Assembly (NCBI GenBank): GCA_031385045.1
Contig: JANNBC010000011.1
Coordinates: 8,210-72,209 of the forward strand
From: a bacterium
GTDB lineage: Bacteria; Bdellovibrionota_C; UBA2361; CALJRW01
DNA: 64,000 nt
Direction: 5' to 3'
Part shown: one piece after another, positions 30,021 through 40,752 of the stretch
How the letters are laid out: each line of letters begins with the position of its first letter
Position numbering within the stretch: position 1 is the stretch's first letter
The notes under the pieces: generated by a model
The model's database searches: none
What the model was told of the DNA's origin: nothing
Seen by the model: the letters and a program-made list of their open reading frames with translations, nothing else
Program-made: the position numbers and the translations under genes

Positions 30021-30851
30021 CTAAGCCATACCTAGGCGACGTGACAACCTAGTAAATATAGATGGTGCACGATAATCTGACTCATCCATCTCGCCATGAC
30101 CGCATAAACGATCAGCAACTTGCATAAATCCTTTAGCAGATCTAGCCTTAGGATTATAAACAACTGGCTCACCAGTATTAGCAGCAATAATTACATTATC
30201 ATCACGCTCTACAACACCAATTAATTCGATTCCTAAAATCTCTTTTACGTCAGCCACTGATAGCATGTCACCACGGCTAACCATGTTGTAATCTAAACGA
30301 TTAATTAACATCTTAGCTTCAATTCCTGCCGCAGCTAGCAGACCAATTACTCGGTCACCATCACGAATCGAAGAAACTTCGGGAGTAGTAACAATAATAG
30401 CGGAATCAGCAGCGGCATAAGCATTCTTAAAGCCTTGCTCAATACCTGCTGGAGAATCAATTAAGATAAAATGAAATTCACGTTTGTATTGTTCAATTAC
30501 GTGTCGAACTTCATCTTCAGTGATCACATCCTTGTCATCAGTTTGTGACGCCGGAAGCATATAAAGATTCGGAGATTTTTTAGATTTAATAATTGCCTGG
30601 CTTGGCTTACAAACACCCTTAGCAACATCAACGATGTTAAAGACAATGCGATTCTCTAACCCTAGAATCACATCAAGGTTACGAAGTCCAATGTCAGCAT
30701 CAACTAATAATGTTCTCATGCCTTTCATAGCTAAAGCAGCACCGATACTTGCAGTAGATGTTGTTTTACCAGTACCGCCCTTACCTGAAGTAATTACAAT
30801 TACTTCGGCTAAGCCTTTCTTTTTACCTGTGGATCCGTTTGAATTATTCAT
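30021..30851 (-). CDS. minD: septum site-determining ATPase MinD
   Basis: 276 aa. Deviant Walker A GKGGTGKTT and a C-terminal amphipathic helix. Confidence 0.95.
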   Translation of the reverse strand: MNNSNGSTGKKKGLAEVIVITSGKGGTGKTTSTASIGAALAMKGMRTLLVDADIGLRNLDVILGLENRIVFNIVDVAKGVCKPSQAIIKSKKSPNLYMLPASQTDDKDVITEDEVRHVIEQYKREFHFILIDSPAGIEQGFKNAYAAADSAIIVTTPEVSSIRDGDRVIGLLAAAGIEAKMLINRLDYNMVSRGDMLSVADVKEILGIELIGVVERDDNVIIAANTGEPVVYNPKARSAKGFMQVADRLCGHGEMDESDYRAPSIFTRLSRRLGMA

Positions 30852-31068
30852 AAGATTAACTACCTACATCGACAAATTTACTCTAACAAAGCTGAGGCTG
30901 AGTTAGAAACACATTGGGAATATTGTTGCCGCTAAACTAGTACAATATCCAAAAAAATCAAGAAAATTTATCTTGTTTTGTCATTTAATAAAAAAATATT
31001 ACTAAATCAGAAAACAATACAAACTTTAGTGAGATGAAAACCTTTGATAAAAATCCTTCAGTACGAAA

Positions 31069-31920
31069 TTAACGAATTCGATTCGCTGCATTTCTGGAGT
31101 TATACTGCTCAACAACAATAGCACTTCCATCTACGTACGCAATCTCAACGCCTTTGCCCTTTTTAAGCTCTGTTCCTCTAGAAATTACCGAACCAATACG
31201 AAGTTGTGTTGGCTGTAAATCTAAAGAAAAGATAAAGCGTCCACCACCATTCTCATCATAAGCACCAGCGTGCACGACACCACGAAGAATCCCAAGGACA
31301 ATCACATCCCCTCCAGCAACAATCTCAGCTCCGTAATTCACATCCCCTACAAGCACAATAGAATTTTCTGTTTCAATTTTTTGACCAGAGCGTAAAGTTG
31401 CGTGCACAATCATGGCATCGGGGTTATCCCAGAACATTGAATTAGCAAATGGCGAATTCTTAGATTTTGCTTCTGGAAAGCTAACATCAAAATCATCTTT
31501 GGTAACTTCAGTCTCAATCGCTTCTGATAAATTTTCAATACCAGCAAAAAGTCCTGAGCGTGGAGTGGAACTTGTTCTTTCCGGTTGGAAAGAAGTCGTA
31601 CGAGACACATGCAAGCCAGAGTAATCATCCATCGCATCGTCCTTGGAAGCAAACTCTTTATTTTGCACTTTAATTTGAAATTTTGTTTTTAATAGCTCGA
31701 TCACCTGAGCACAAAGCTCATCAGACGGGATCCCTTCACACCACTCTAAAATCACCTCATTTCCTGAAAGAAATGAGCGACGAGCTTCTAGATAATCGGC
31801 AATCGCGTGAAGCAAGACTGAAGATTCCTCCGTAGCAAGCAATCTAAGAGTTAAACCATCCCCCGTTCCGCGGGCACTGACTAAGGAAGAACCTGATTTG
31901 TTACTTGATTCGTTTTGCAT
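31069..31920 (-). CDS. minC: septum site-determining protein MinC
   Basis: 283 aa. C-terminal beta-helix region with MinC glycine-rich repeats (VLVGDVNYGAEIVAGGDVIVLGILRGVVHAG). Lies upstream of minD and minE. Confidence 0.85.
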   Translation of the reverse strand: MQNESSNKSGSSLVSARGTGDGLTLRLLATEESSVLLHAIADYLEARRSFLSGNEVILEWCEGIPSDELCAQVIELLKTKFQIKVQNKEFASKDDAMDDYSGLHVSRTTSFQPERTSSTPRSGLFAGIENLSEAIETEVTKDDFDVSFPEAKSKNSPFANSMFWDNPDAMIVHATLRSGQKIETENSIVLVGDVNYGAEIVAGGDVIVLGILRGVVHAGAYDENGGGRFIFSLDLQPTQLRIGSVISRGTELKKGKGVEIAYVDGSAIVVEQYNSRNAANRIR

Positions 31921-32084
31921 ATGGATTTTTACTTGGTTGGTTTAAACTACTTGTAGTATGCTTATAGCAAAATTAGATCTTCCTAGTCAAATGAATTATC
32001 TTAGATAATCAGTTGGCAAAGGCTTACTAGTCATATACGAAGCGACATTAAAATTTACTGAAAATTCAAATGCGCTTAGTATAT

Positions 32085-32210
32085 CAAGTGCGAAGCACTT
32101 GAAGCGACCCTTGGGGGTCGCTCAGGCATTGAGTCTTATCCTATAAGGCTCAATGCTGGGGAATACACATATACTAAAACCTAATAAACTGAAAAAGCCG
32201 CGGCTTTTTG
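32085..32210 (+). ncRNA. candidate structured small RNA (three tandem hairpins plus an intrinsic-terminator-like hairpin)
   Basis: Hairpins CAAGTGC-GAA-GCACTTG (32085..32101), GCGACCC-TTGG-GGGTCGC (32104..32121) and GCATTGAG-15nt-CTCAATGC (32126..32156), then AAAAAGCCG/CGGCTTTTT (32192..32209). A second terminator-like hairpin AAAACCC-TAGT-GGGTTTT lies at 32225..32242. All sit in the minC/pgpA divergent spacer. The strand is not certain. Confidence 0.3.
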
Positions 32211-32358
32211 CCAAGCAGTTAAGAAAAACCCTAGTGGGTTTTAGTATATTTTGGATTTACTACATACTACTTCTTTGCCTAACAAATACCAAGTATTAAC
32301 AGATTTCCAATGAAGTATTTTTACCCACTAAAGCTGTATAAATTTTAGATTTGCCATT

Positions 32359-32862
32359 ATGAAGAAAGCTAAATTAAGCCTCCCTAAATTATCTAAAGTT
32401 GAATTTGCAAAATTCTTCTGCTCCGGCTTTTACACTGGAGAGTTCCCTTTTGCCCCCGGAACGGCTGGAAGCTTTGCCTACCTTTTAATTTGGTATTTCG
32501 TACTTTCCCCTAACTACCTTTGGCAATTAATCGCCCTAGTCCTTGTGACCACTATTGGCTGGATTCTAACCGCCTACCTACTCCCAAGAATAAATCAGGA
32601 TGGCAATAAAAAACACAACGACCCATCTTGGATTGTAATCGACGAATGGGCTGGCCTGGCCATAGCCTTCCTAGCCGTAGACCCCAAAAATGTATGGCAA
32701 ATAATCGCCGCCTTTGCTCTATTTCGCTTCTTTGATGCCACCAAGATTTGGCCAGTAAGTTATGCAGAAAAAAAGGCTGGGGCGGCTGGGGTGATGTTGG
32801 ATGATATTGTTGCTGGGGTATTGAGCGTTATAATTCTAGCCTGCGCTCAATTTTTAATATAA
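32359..32862 (+). CDS. pgpA: phosphatidylglycerophosphatase A
   Basis: 167 aa membrane protein with the PgpA signature around WIVIDEWAGLAIAFL. Confidence 0.8.
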   Translation: MKKAKLSLPKLSKVEFAKFFCSGFYTGEFPFAPGTAGSFAYLLIWYFVLSPNYLWQLIALVLVTTIGWILTAYLLPRINQDGNKKHNDPSWIVIDEWAGLAIAFLAVDPKNVWQIIAAFALFRFFDATKIWPVSYAEKKAGAAGVMLDDIVAGVLSVIILACAQFLI

Positions 32863-33003
32863 ACAGCTGGGCATTCAATTTAAGACTAAAAAGTTGCCTA
32901 TCTTTCCAAGACTTTTCTTGGCCCTTGAATAAAAAGCACTACATTGCTTAAATCTCTAAACATAAAACATATGCTATAAAACAAATTATTAGCTTAATTA
33001 TAC

Positions 33004-36000
33004 TTACTGAGCACTTCCCGTTTCATCTTCTTGCAGACTAGATAACATCTGCGTCAAGATACCTCTCATTGCTTTTCTAGTAGCCGGATCCATCGGAACT
33101 TCAGGAAGAGGCACTGCATTAGGCTGTACTTGCTCAGTACCAGGTGCCCTCTCCTCACTTACAGAATTTATCGGAAGCTCTGAAAGAACCTTTGATGCAA
33201 AAATATTCATCGCGCTATCATTAGGATTAAATTGCAAAACATGAGGATTTTCAACAGGCCTACGAACATAAAACTGGTTAGACCACCTTTCTAAACTATC
33301 GGCTGTTATTACATGATAACCAATCTGGCGAGCACCAATTACCAACCGAAAATACTCATCATGTAACTCCAAATCATCGGAGTAAGCTCTCGGATTATTT
33401 GTAAGTGCTGGTTGATCACTCCTATATGTAAAGTGATTATAAATCTGCATATTTGAATAAACAACATGATACAAATATGCTTGAAATTTTCCTATGGTGA
33501 TTGGATCTGAAACGGAATCAAAGTAAGCTTCCAAAGCTACTATTTTAATTTGATCTTCTTTACTCCATCTCTCCTCGTCATTTCGATCTCGCTCCTCAAC
33601 ATGCCTCTTAAATAAGGCAGCATCGTAAGCTAGCTCTGCAAGTTGCTTACTACTTAGTGTGTTTGAATTAAATGCGTAAACTAATGGATAAATATTAAAA
33701 GGGCTATTCTGTACTAACTCCATAAACTCCTCTGTTTTGACTGTAGGATCAAAACAAGCTCTAAAAAGATTAGCCTCTGCCTTAGTTTCGGTTAGAAGCC
33801 ATACTCCTTCTCTATATTTGATTATTTCACTCCCTGATACCTTTTTTTCGAATGGCACTTGGGCAAATTTATTTAGGTTAGCGATGAAGTCACCTAACTG
33901 CCCATCTAGACTATCAATAAACTGAGAAACCTGAATTTTCTCTCTCGATCTCATTATATCATAGACTTCAATGAAAGGATTATTAGCATTTTCAGCTGCA
34001 AAGCGAATATCATCAATTGCTCGCGATGAGATATTTGCGGACGAAGATAGCTCACCTAACCCTTGAATCGCAAGCAAGGCTTCCTTAACTTTAATAAAAT
34101 GGCGCGCATCACTCTCAAAAACAATCTCTGCGATTGCCTGTAATCTCAACTCTAATCTTCTAGTTAAAGCTGCTTGATCACCATTATGATAATTACGATT
34201 AAAACAATGCATAACATACGGTAGGGCAACTAAAACTGAATGTGCTTCTTGATTTGTATTCGTTTCATCATAATTTTTAAAAATGCGAATTACATCTCGC
34301 ATAATTTGGAACTGCCCCTTCTGCCCGCAACTCTCTCTATAGATATAATTAAAAGTAGTTTTTAATAAGTTTGCTGAATATGGTGCCTGCAGCGACGAAA
34401 ATCCAGTAGCATCATATTCAAATAAACCAGCAGAAATTATATTTCTAAAACCTTGAGTATTTACTCCAGCATCAGTCTCTTGAGATACTAACCTCTCCCC
34501 AACCATCAACTTAGCGATATAGTGGCTTAAAGGGTCTTGTCTGTGGCCTAGAGAAATAGACTGCAACTCTGATATCAATTCAAATTGTCGATTTCTGGAT
34601 TGTTCAAGGTAATAGCGAAGGGCTAAAGCAAAATTTACTACTGGAATAGAGGTCGATCCATTTTCCTTTACAAGCATTAAATCAACTTGTTCAACAAGTT
34701 TGCCGACTAAACTTGGATCTACCTCACTAAACAATGGTAAAGTACTAAATTCTTTTATAAGATCTAAGATTACACTATGCATTGATGTTCTATCTTGAGG
34801 CAAGAGATCATGTTTCATGACTGAAAAAGCAGGAATACCGATGGCATAAGCTTGAGTATCTGCAGCTTTAAGTAACATATCTATTTGAATTGCAGGATGC
34901 TTTGCATTTGATGAAAAAATTCCTCGCTGCTGAGAATCCCCTTTAGTCCTATCTTCAACTTTAATATCTTCTAATAAATATTGGGCTAATTCTGGACCAG
35001 AGATAAATCTTCGATCTCCAAACTGAAGACTTATTAAAGATTCATTAAGTTGACCTAAAAGAATATCATTATCGGTTTTTCTTGAATCTAGTTGCGTATC
35101 TGAACGAAGTGGGATCTTAATCTTATCTACTACCGATTTTCTTTCTTGAATTCCCCATTGCTTCCCATTTATGCCCGGCCTAGCTAGATTATCTAAAGTA
35201 TCAAAGTAGCTTGGGACATCAGTTAATTTATAAAGTAGGATCTCAGGGAAAAATAATTCCCTAAAAATTGGGTTAATTTGCTTCCAGTCTTTCGCCATTT
35301 CAGTTTCGATTTTATCCTTGGATAAATCATTACCAAAGATTACAATCAATTCGAATCTAATAACATGCATGATCTTAGCAAGACGAGTTTGCTCATCGAC
35401 AGCACCTTCAGGGTGAAGCTCCTTATGACGCAAAGCCCAATTCAAATTTTGCAAAAGATCATTCTGACTTCTTGAAGCTTCCGTTCTTAAAGGACTCATA
35501 GTCATAATATCATCATCGCTACCATACGAAAGATACCCACTATCGTTTGGCACTTTATGCAAAAGAAATGTCAGAACTGAATTTTGAACATCAACCATAT
35601 TCCTGACCGCCTCAGGCCAAATACAAAGCTGACAATCCTCAGAATCTTCTGGGAGATTTTTAAATTTAAAATCTGGCTCAAGAATACAATTTAATGTTGT
35701 CGCTAAAATCCTACTTACAACATGAATATCATTTTGAAATCCAGAATAATCTTGATAATGATTAAATGTTAAAACAACCTGATCCCAAAGCAATTTAAAG
35801 GCAATCCTACTTACCTTATCACTAACTGGCCTCTCACCATCTGCTAGACCTAATCTATCTTGAGGAAAGATCAAACCTGCGATTGTTGGTTGCGCAATTA
35901 AAACTAATGAATCAGCAACCGCTTTATAAACAATCTGCAAAGCACTAAGCGAAGAATAATCTCTTTTAAAGTTACCATTTTCTCGAACCTCCTGAATCAG

Positions 36001-36540
36001 CGCCCCCAGATTTTGATTCAAGATACTTTTAGGAGAGAATACTGTATCCTTTCTATGTTCTGTCTGATAAATTTTATCAAGTACGTTAACAGCAGCAACC
36101 CCATTGAAAATTAAATCTTGAATAATTAACGAGCCCACTCTATTTGAATCTTGCCCATGGAGCGCAAACTGGTTCCATTCTTTAATGTCATTACGGGCAC
36201 CACTTGCCTGACCAAGCCAAACACCATTAATTGACTGCGCAGCATCAAAACATCGAGTAAAATAATGAATGATAAAGGTACAATCTTTAGCGTCTAAAGT
36301 ATCATATATATTTTTCAAGCCAGACGTATCCTTTACCCAAGTAGCTTCAGGGCTTAAGATCTTGGCGCTAAGCGCATGAATCAAGTTAGTAGAACTCAAA
36401 TCACGTAGATAATCTGCAGGGACAAAAGACCGCAAATCAAATTCAGTAGATATTTTCAATCGCTCCAATTGCGCGACAAACTGTACTTCAATTTCACGAT
36501 GATTTAGTAATGGACTATTGGTTTGATGATAACTAGCCAT
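33004..36540 (-). CDS. giant hypothetical protein, paralog A (1178 aa)
   Basis: No signal peptide or transmembrane segment. Collinear conserved blocks shared with the upstream 1257-aa paralog, for example EMAKDWKQINPIFRELFFPEILLYKLTD, IFKNYDETNTNQEAHSVLVALPYVMHCF, YLYHVVYSNMQIYNHFTYRSDQPALTNNPRAYSDDLELHDEYFRLVIGAR. No domain I recognise. Confidence 0.7.
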   Translation of the reverse strand: MASYHQTNSPLLNHREIEVQFVAQLERLKISTEFDLRSFVPADYLRDLSSTNLIHALSAKILSPEATWVKDTSGLKNIYDTLDAKDCTFIIHYFTRCFDAAQSINGVWLGQASGARNDIKEWNQFALHGQDSNRVGSLIIQDLIFNGVAAVNVLDKIYQTEHRKDTVFSPKSILNQNLGALIQEVRENGNFKRDYSSLSALQIVYKAVADSLVLIAQPTIAGLIFPQDRLGLADGERPVSDKVSRIAFKLLWDQVVLTFNHYQDYSGFQNDIHVVSRILATTLNCILEPDFKFKNLPEDSEDCQLCIWPEAVRNMVDVQNSVLTFLLHKVPNDSGYLSYGSDDDIMTMSPLRTEASRSQNDLLQNLNWALRHKELHPEGAVDEQTRLAKIMHVIRFELIVIFGNDLSKDKIETEMAKDWKQINPIFRELFFPEILLYKLTDVPSYFDTLDNLARPGINGKQWGIQERKSVVDKIKIPLRSDTQLDSRKTDNDILLGQLNESLISLQFGDRRFISGPELAQYLLEDIKVEDRTKGDSQQRGIFSSNAKHPAIQIDMLLKAADTQAYAIGIPAFSVMKHDLLPQDRTSMHSVILDLIKEFSTLPLFSEVDPSLVGKLVEQVDLMLVKENGSTSIPVVNFALALRYYLEQSRNRQFELISELQSISLGHRQDPLSHYIAKLMVGERLVSQETDAGVNTQGFRNIISAGLFEYDATGFSSLQAPYSANLLKTTFNYIYRESCGQKGQFQIMRDVIRIFKNYDETNTNQEAHSVLVALPYVMHCFNRNYHNGDQAALTRRLELRLQAIAEIVFESDARHFIKVKEALLAIQGLGELSSSANISSRAIDDIRFAAENANNPFIEVYDIMRSREKIQVSQFIDSLDGQLGDFIANLNKFAQVPFEKKVSGSEIIKYREGVWLLTETKAEANLFRACFDPTVKTEEFMELVQNSPFNIYPLVYAFNSNTLSSKQLAELAYDAALFKRHVEERDRNDEERWSKEDQIKIVALEAYFDSVSDPITIGKFQAYLYHVVYSNMQIYNHFTYRSDQPALTNNPRAYSDDLELHDEYFRLVIGARQIGYHVITADSLERWSNQFYVRRPVENPHVLQFNPNDSAMNIFASKVLSELPINSVSEERAPGTEQVQPNAVPLPEVPMDPATRKAMRGILTQMLSSLQEDETGSAQ

Positions 36541-36686
36541 GATTAATTTATTATAAATTTTTAATCAAAAACTTATCATAAACTGAATCGCTAAGAAATC
36601 TAGACGACTTAAAGTACTAATATCATCAAGATTTTTATACAATAACTAAGTTAAACATTATATTATTAGTAATAAGGAGAAATAAA

Positions 36687-39600
36687 CTAATTCAGCCCGC
36701 CCAAATACTGTTTAGTTAATTCAACTTTTTCATCATTAGAGAGATCTGGATTTGCCAGTAAGCCTGCCAATAGAACTTTGGTTAAATGTGAGGAATTTGC
36801 AGGTATTTTTAGTGATTCTTGATCAAGCTTAGTATTTTCTTGCTCAGTTTCTTCTTCCGCAAGCGTCTTAGCCATATAAGTTGTGATGGCTGATTTTTCT
36901 GGATCAAAGTGAATCATTTCAGCCTTATGCGACCAACTAGAAGAATGAATCTTTGCAGACCAATTAGCTAAAGAACTAGAAACGGCCTTATCATAACTCA
37001 TACCTCTAGCACCAACTACTAAACGGTAGAACTCATCATGTAAACGTGAATCATCCGCACGCACTCTTGGATTACTAGTTAAACCAGGCTGATCTCGACG
37101 ATAAGTAAAATGATTATAGATCTCCATGTTGGTATAGAGAACGTGATAAAAATAAGACTGATACTTCAATCTTAATTCTTTTTTCTTCTGCGCAATTTCA
37201 GCATGAAGCAATTCTTGATCGACTTCGATAACCTTAACATTTTCGTTGTTGTCAGTAGCTTCTGCCCCAGCTAGCTCTAAGTTTGCTTTCTCAGCATTAG
37301 CAATATGTTTCTCCCTTACAGTACTTGCAACTTGAGTTAATGAATCAGCGAAAAATTTATTTAAGCTTGCTAAGTTCTTTCCTTTATCTGCGTGATTATC
37401 ACCAAAAAGGCTTGCATCATAAGCTAACTTTGCCAGATCACCCGGCTGTAATGCTGGCATTTCTAAGGCCAACAAAAATGGATAATTATTAAAAGGTCCT
37501 TTTTCTACTTCTTCTTTATAAGCATCTATGGTTACATTACTATCAAGGCAAGCCTTAAAAATTTTAGCTTCAGCTGCTGTTTCATCTAGTAACCATCTAC
37601 CTTCAACTAATTCTATCCTTTTCTTAAACCACTTTGTTTCCTCGGCTGCTACATTTTGAGTACCTGAACTATCCAAAGAAGAGTCAGCATCAGAAGCTAT
37701 GCTCTCTCTTTTAGGCTTTTCATCTTCGCCTGCTAAATAAATTAATTTATCAAGACGATCTTGATAATTTGCAAGTCCCGCTTGCAAATCAGAACCAGAG
37801 ATTATCGAAATGAATGCTGGTAAATCAATTGACTGCCTCGCATTCATAATATCATAAACCTCGACAAAGGGATTATGATCATACTCAACAGACTTTGAAC
37901 TTCTAACGAGAGCATCATCAGGTAAATCCTTACCTAAAGCCTTCATTGCTGTTTTTACAGGCTCAAATAACTTGGAGTCTTCACCAATACCAAAAACAAC
38001 TCCCTGAATAAGATCTAACCTCTCTGCTAAATTAAACTTAGCAAGGCCATCGGTTCCTTTTAAACGATTAAGAACATACGGCAATGCAACTAAGACCGAA
38101 TGCGCCTCTTGCATACCACCATTTGTCTGATCATAATTTTTAAAGATCTGGATCACATCTTTCATAATCTGTAATCCATCAGGTTGCTCTTGTATATTCT
38201 TATATATAAATCTGAATATCGTCTCATTTAAACGGAGCGGGTATGGGCTATGTACGAAAGTAAAATTAGACATGTTAAACATGAATAGATTCGTTCCAAT
38301 TTCATTTCGTAAGCTAAATTTAGATCCAGGATTTGGCTTGTCATTTGGATCTTTAACAATTCCCTCTTTCGGAACTACACAAGCACCATGCATCAAACTT
38401 GCAATAACTTGACACTTATCATCCTGTCTATGTCCATCGATGATACATTTTAATTCCGCGGCAAGATCATATTGCTTATTACGAGTCTGTTCTAATAAAT
38501 ATGCCAATGCCATGCCAAAATTATTTACCTTTATGCCTGTTTCCTGAGTCTGAAACATGGCATCAATTTTCTCTTTAAGCACAAGCTTCTCCATCGGGTC
38601 GTTAGCAAGTGCCACAAGACCCATTGAATTAGCATTTGGTAATGTTCCAAAATCTTCAACAATCTTTAATATTAAATTTCGCGTTGCTTCATTCAAATCG
38701 GCAGTCTTTGTATGACTCTTCTGCGCAGTTGCCAATCTTTGTTTAAAGCCAACAAATTGACCTTGCGCGACAGCACCTTCACAATAAACATCAAGCGTTG
38801 CCGCTTTTAATAATTGATCTTCTTGTAATTTACGATGGTTAGATTTCGCTGAAAAAATACCCTTCAGTGCAGATTCTCCTTCAACTTTATCCGAGCCATC
38901 AATCAGAAATTTTGCTAACTCTACTCCTGAGTGAAATCTCCTATCTCCAATTTGCAAACTCAGTAAAGATCGATTTAATTCTTTTAAATTATCTGGAGCT
39001 TCTGGCTTAAGTGGGATTGCTAGTCGTTCAATTAAATTTTTTCTCTCTTCGGCAGATAAATTTACACCGACTAGCTCTGGTCGCACCAATTTATTTAACT
39101 CATTAAAGTAAATAGAAGTAGGGTCAGTTAATTTAAAATGAAGAATCTCAGGGAAGAACATTTCTTGAAAAACCTGATTCATATCTTTCCAATCTTTGGC
39201 CATTTCTTTCTTGACGGTATCTACAGAAAGGTTTTCACCAAAAATTGTCATTAACTGAAAACGAACTACATCAGTAATTCCAGTTAATCTTGCTTGTTCA
39301 TAAATAACACCATCTGTGTACAACTCTGTGTGTCTAATCTTCCAGTTAATATATTTATAAAGATCATTTCTAGCCCCATTATCTTCACCTCTTAAAGGAG
39401 AGCTAATCATCCAACCATCATCTGCTAAATAACCTAGAAATCCATTATCATTTGGAACTTTCGAAAAGAGAAAGGTCTGCACGGTATTTTGCAAACTCAC
39501 AGAGGTTTTGATTGCCTCGGGCCAACGAGTAATGTGGCATACATCAGAGCTTGCAGGTAAATTTTTAAAGTCAAAGTCTGGCTCTTTCAAACATCGGAGC

Positions 39601-40460
39601 GTTGTCATCAAGACCCTATTCACAATTGGGGAATCTCGATCAAACCCTGGCATTTGATCATAGTGATTTAAGGTTGCAACTGACTGATCCCAAAATAACT
39701 TTGTTGCCAAGGTGCTAACTCGATCTTCAATATCACTTAACTGCACATCATTATCAGTTGCTCCTTTCTGAGTAGATGTAACCATTCCAAATTTTTTTGG
39801 TTCATAAATAAGCTGCAAAGACTCCGCAACAGATTTATAGATAATCTGCAAAGAGCCCAAGGCAGAATAAGGCTCTTTAAAACCACCATCCTCACGCAAT
39901 TCTTTTAAAAATGCTCCAAGGTTTTGATCCAGAATTTTCTGTGGTGAGAATGGAGTATCTTTCCTAACTTGAAGTTTAAAGACTTCCTCCAGAGCTTTAA
40001 TTGCGGCTATGCCATTAACGACCAAATCCTGCATAACCTGACAACCTGGTCGCGCAAGATTGTCAGTCAATAAAGATACAGTCTTCCACTCTTTAACATC
40101 ATTACGATCACCACTTTTATCACCAAGCCAAACCAAATGTCGCTTTTGGGCTTTATCGAAAAACTTAGTTGTTTTATCAATTAATTCGTTAGTATCAGCT
40201 CCAAAAATTTTCCCATAGGCGATCTTTAATTCCTCATTTAATTTTCCAAAATCTGTTCCTGAAGTCGTTGCTGCTTGACTAAGTTTATGCACTAAATTTG
40301 CTGAGCTTAATCTATAACTAATACTTTTTGGAAGACATTCCCGAATATCAAATTCAGCGGCATTATCAAGCCTTGATAAATTATCTAAAAATTCCTGGTT
40401 AATGTCGACACGACTGACAACTGGTTTTGGTGATGATGGATTACTAACAGCTTCTGGCAT
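36687..40460 (-). CDS. giant hypothetical protein, paralog B (1257 aa)
   Basis: Matching blocks EMAKDWKDMNQVFQEMFFPEILHFKLTD, IFKNYDQTNGGMQEAHSVLVALPYVLNRL, YFYHVLYTNMEIYNHFTYRRDQPGLTSNPRVRADDSRLHDEFYRLVVGAR. Also carries extra acidic/Ser-rich insertions. Confidence 0.7.
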   Translation of the reverse strand: MPEAVSNPSSPKPVVSRVDINQEFLDNLSRLDNAAEFDIRECLPKSISYRLSSANLVHKLSQAATTSGTDFGKLNEELKIAYGKIFGADTNELIDKTTKFFDKAQKRHLVWLGDKSGDRNDVKEWKTVSLLTDNLARPGCQVMQDLVVNGIAAIKALEEVFKLQVRKDTPFSPQKILDQNLGAFLKELREDGGFKEPYSALGSLQIIYKSVAESLQLIYEPKKFGMVTSTQKGATDNDVQLSDIEDRVSTLATKLFWDQSVATLNHYDQMPGFDRDSPIVNRVLMTTLRCLKEPDFDFKNLPASSDVCHITRWPEAIKTSVSLQNTVQTFLFSKVPNDNGFLGYLADDGWMISSPLRGEDNGARNDLYKYINWKIRHTELYTDGVIYEQARLTGITDVVRFQLMTIFGENLSVDTVKKEMAKDWKDMNQVFQEMFFPEILHFKLTDPTSIYFNELNKLVRPELVGVNLSAEERKNLIERLAIPLKPEAPDNLKELNRSLLSLQIGDRRFHSGVELAKFLIDGSDKVEGESALKGIFSAKSNHRKLQEDQLLKAATLDVYCEGAVAQGQFVGFKQRLATAQKSHTKTADLNEATRNLILKIVEDFGTLPNANSMGLVALANDPMEKLVLKEKIDAMFQTQETGIKVNNFGMALAYLLEQTRNKQYDLAAELKCIIDGHRQDDKCQVIASLMHGACVVPKEGIVKDPNDKPNPGSKFSLRNEIGTNLFMFNMSNFTFVHSPYPLRLNETIFRFIYKNIQEQPDGLQIMKDVIQIFKNYDQTNGGMQEAHSVLVALPYVLNRLKGTDGLAKFNLAERLDLIQGVVFGIGEDSKLFEPVKTAMKALGKDLPDDALVRSSKSVEYDHNPFVEVYDIMNARQSIDLPAFISIISGSDLQAGLANYQDRLDKLIYLAGEDEKPKRESIASDADSSLDSSGTQNVAAEETKWFKKRIELVEGRWLLDETAAEAKIFKACLDSNVTIDAYKEEVEKGPFNNYPFLLALEMPALQPGDLAKLAYDASLFGDNHADKGKNLASLNKFFADSLTQVASTVREKHIANAEKANLELAGAEATDNNENVKVIEVDQELLHAEIAQKKKELRLKYQSYFYHVLYTNMEIYNHFTYRRDQPGLTSNPRVRADDSRLHDEFYRLVVGARGMSYDKAVSSSLANWSAKIHSSSWSHKAEMIHFDPEKSAITTYMAKTLAEEETEQENTKLDQESLKIPANSSHLTKVLLAGLLANPDLSNDEKVELTKQYLGGLN

Positions 40461-40699
40461 CTTTACTTAATTAACTAATTATCCTTAATTTGCATGAGTA
40501 TTTAAACCAATACTTTAATTGAGAAACTCATCTTATAACTAATAAAGATAAGAAAACTCAGTAGCACATACCCTTACGTCTCATTGTGTCGACAGTTTGA
40601 TCCTATAAATTAAGCTCTTTTTACGCATATAAGTAGCTAAATTCTTTAAATAAATGCTGATATTCAGAACTAGGGAAGGTTCTGACTTATTAAAACATG

Positions 40700-40737
40700 A
40701 TTAGGCGAGTGAAAGCTTAAACTTCCAATCGCCTAAT
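40700..40737 (-). terminator. hairpin downstream of the 627-aa gene (possible terminator)
   Basis: ATTAGGCGA ... TCGCCTAAT, a 9-bp stem with a 20-nt loop, 16 nt after the stop codon. A moderately U-rich tract follows on the minus strand. Confidence 0.35.
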
Positions 40738-40752
40738 TTGATAGCAAATTTA

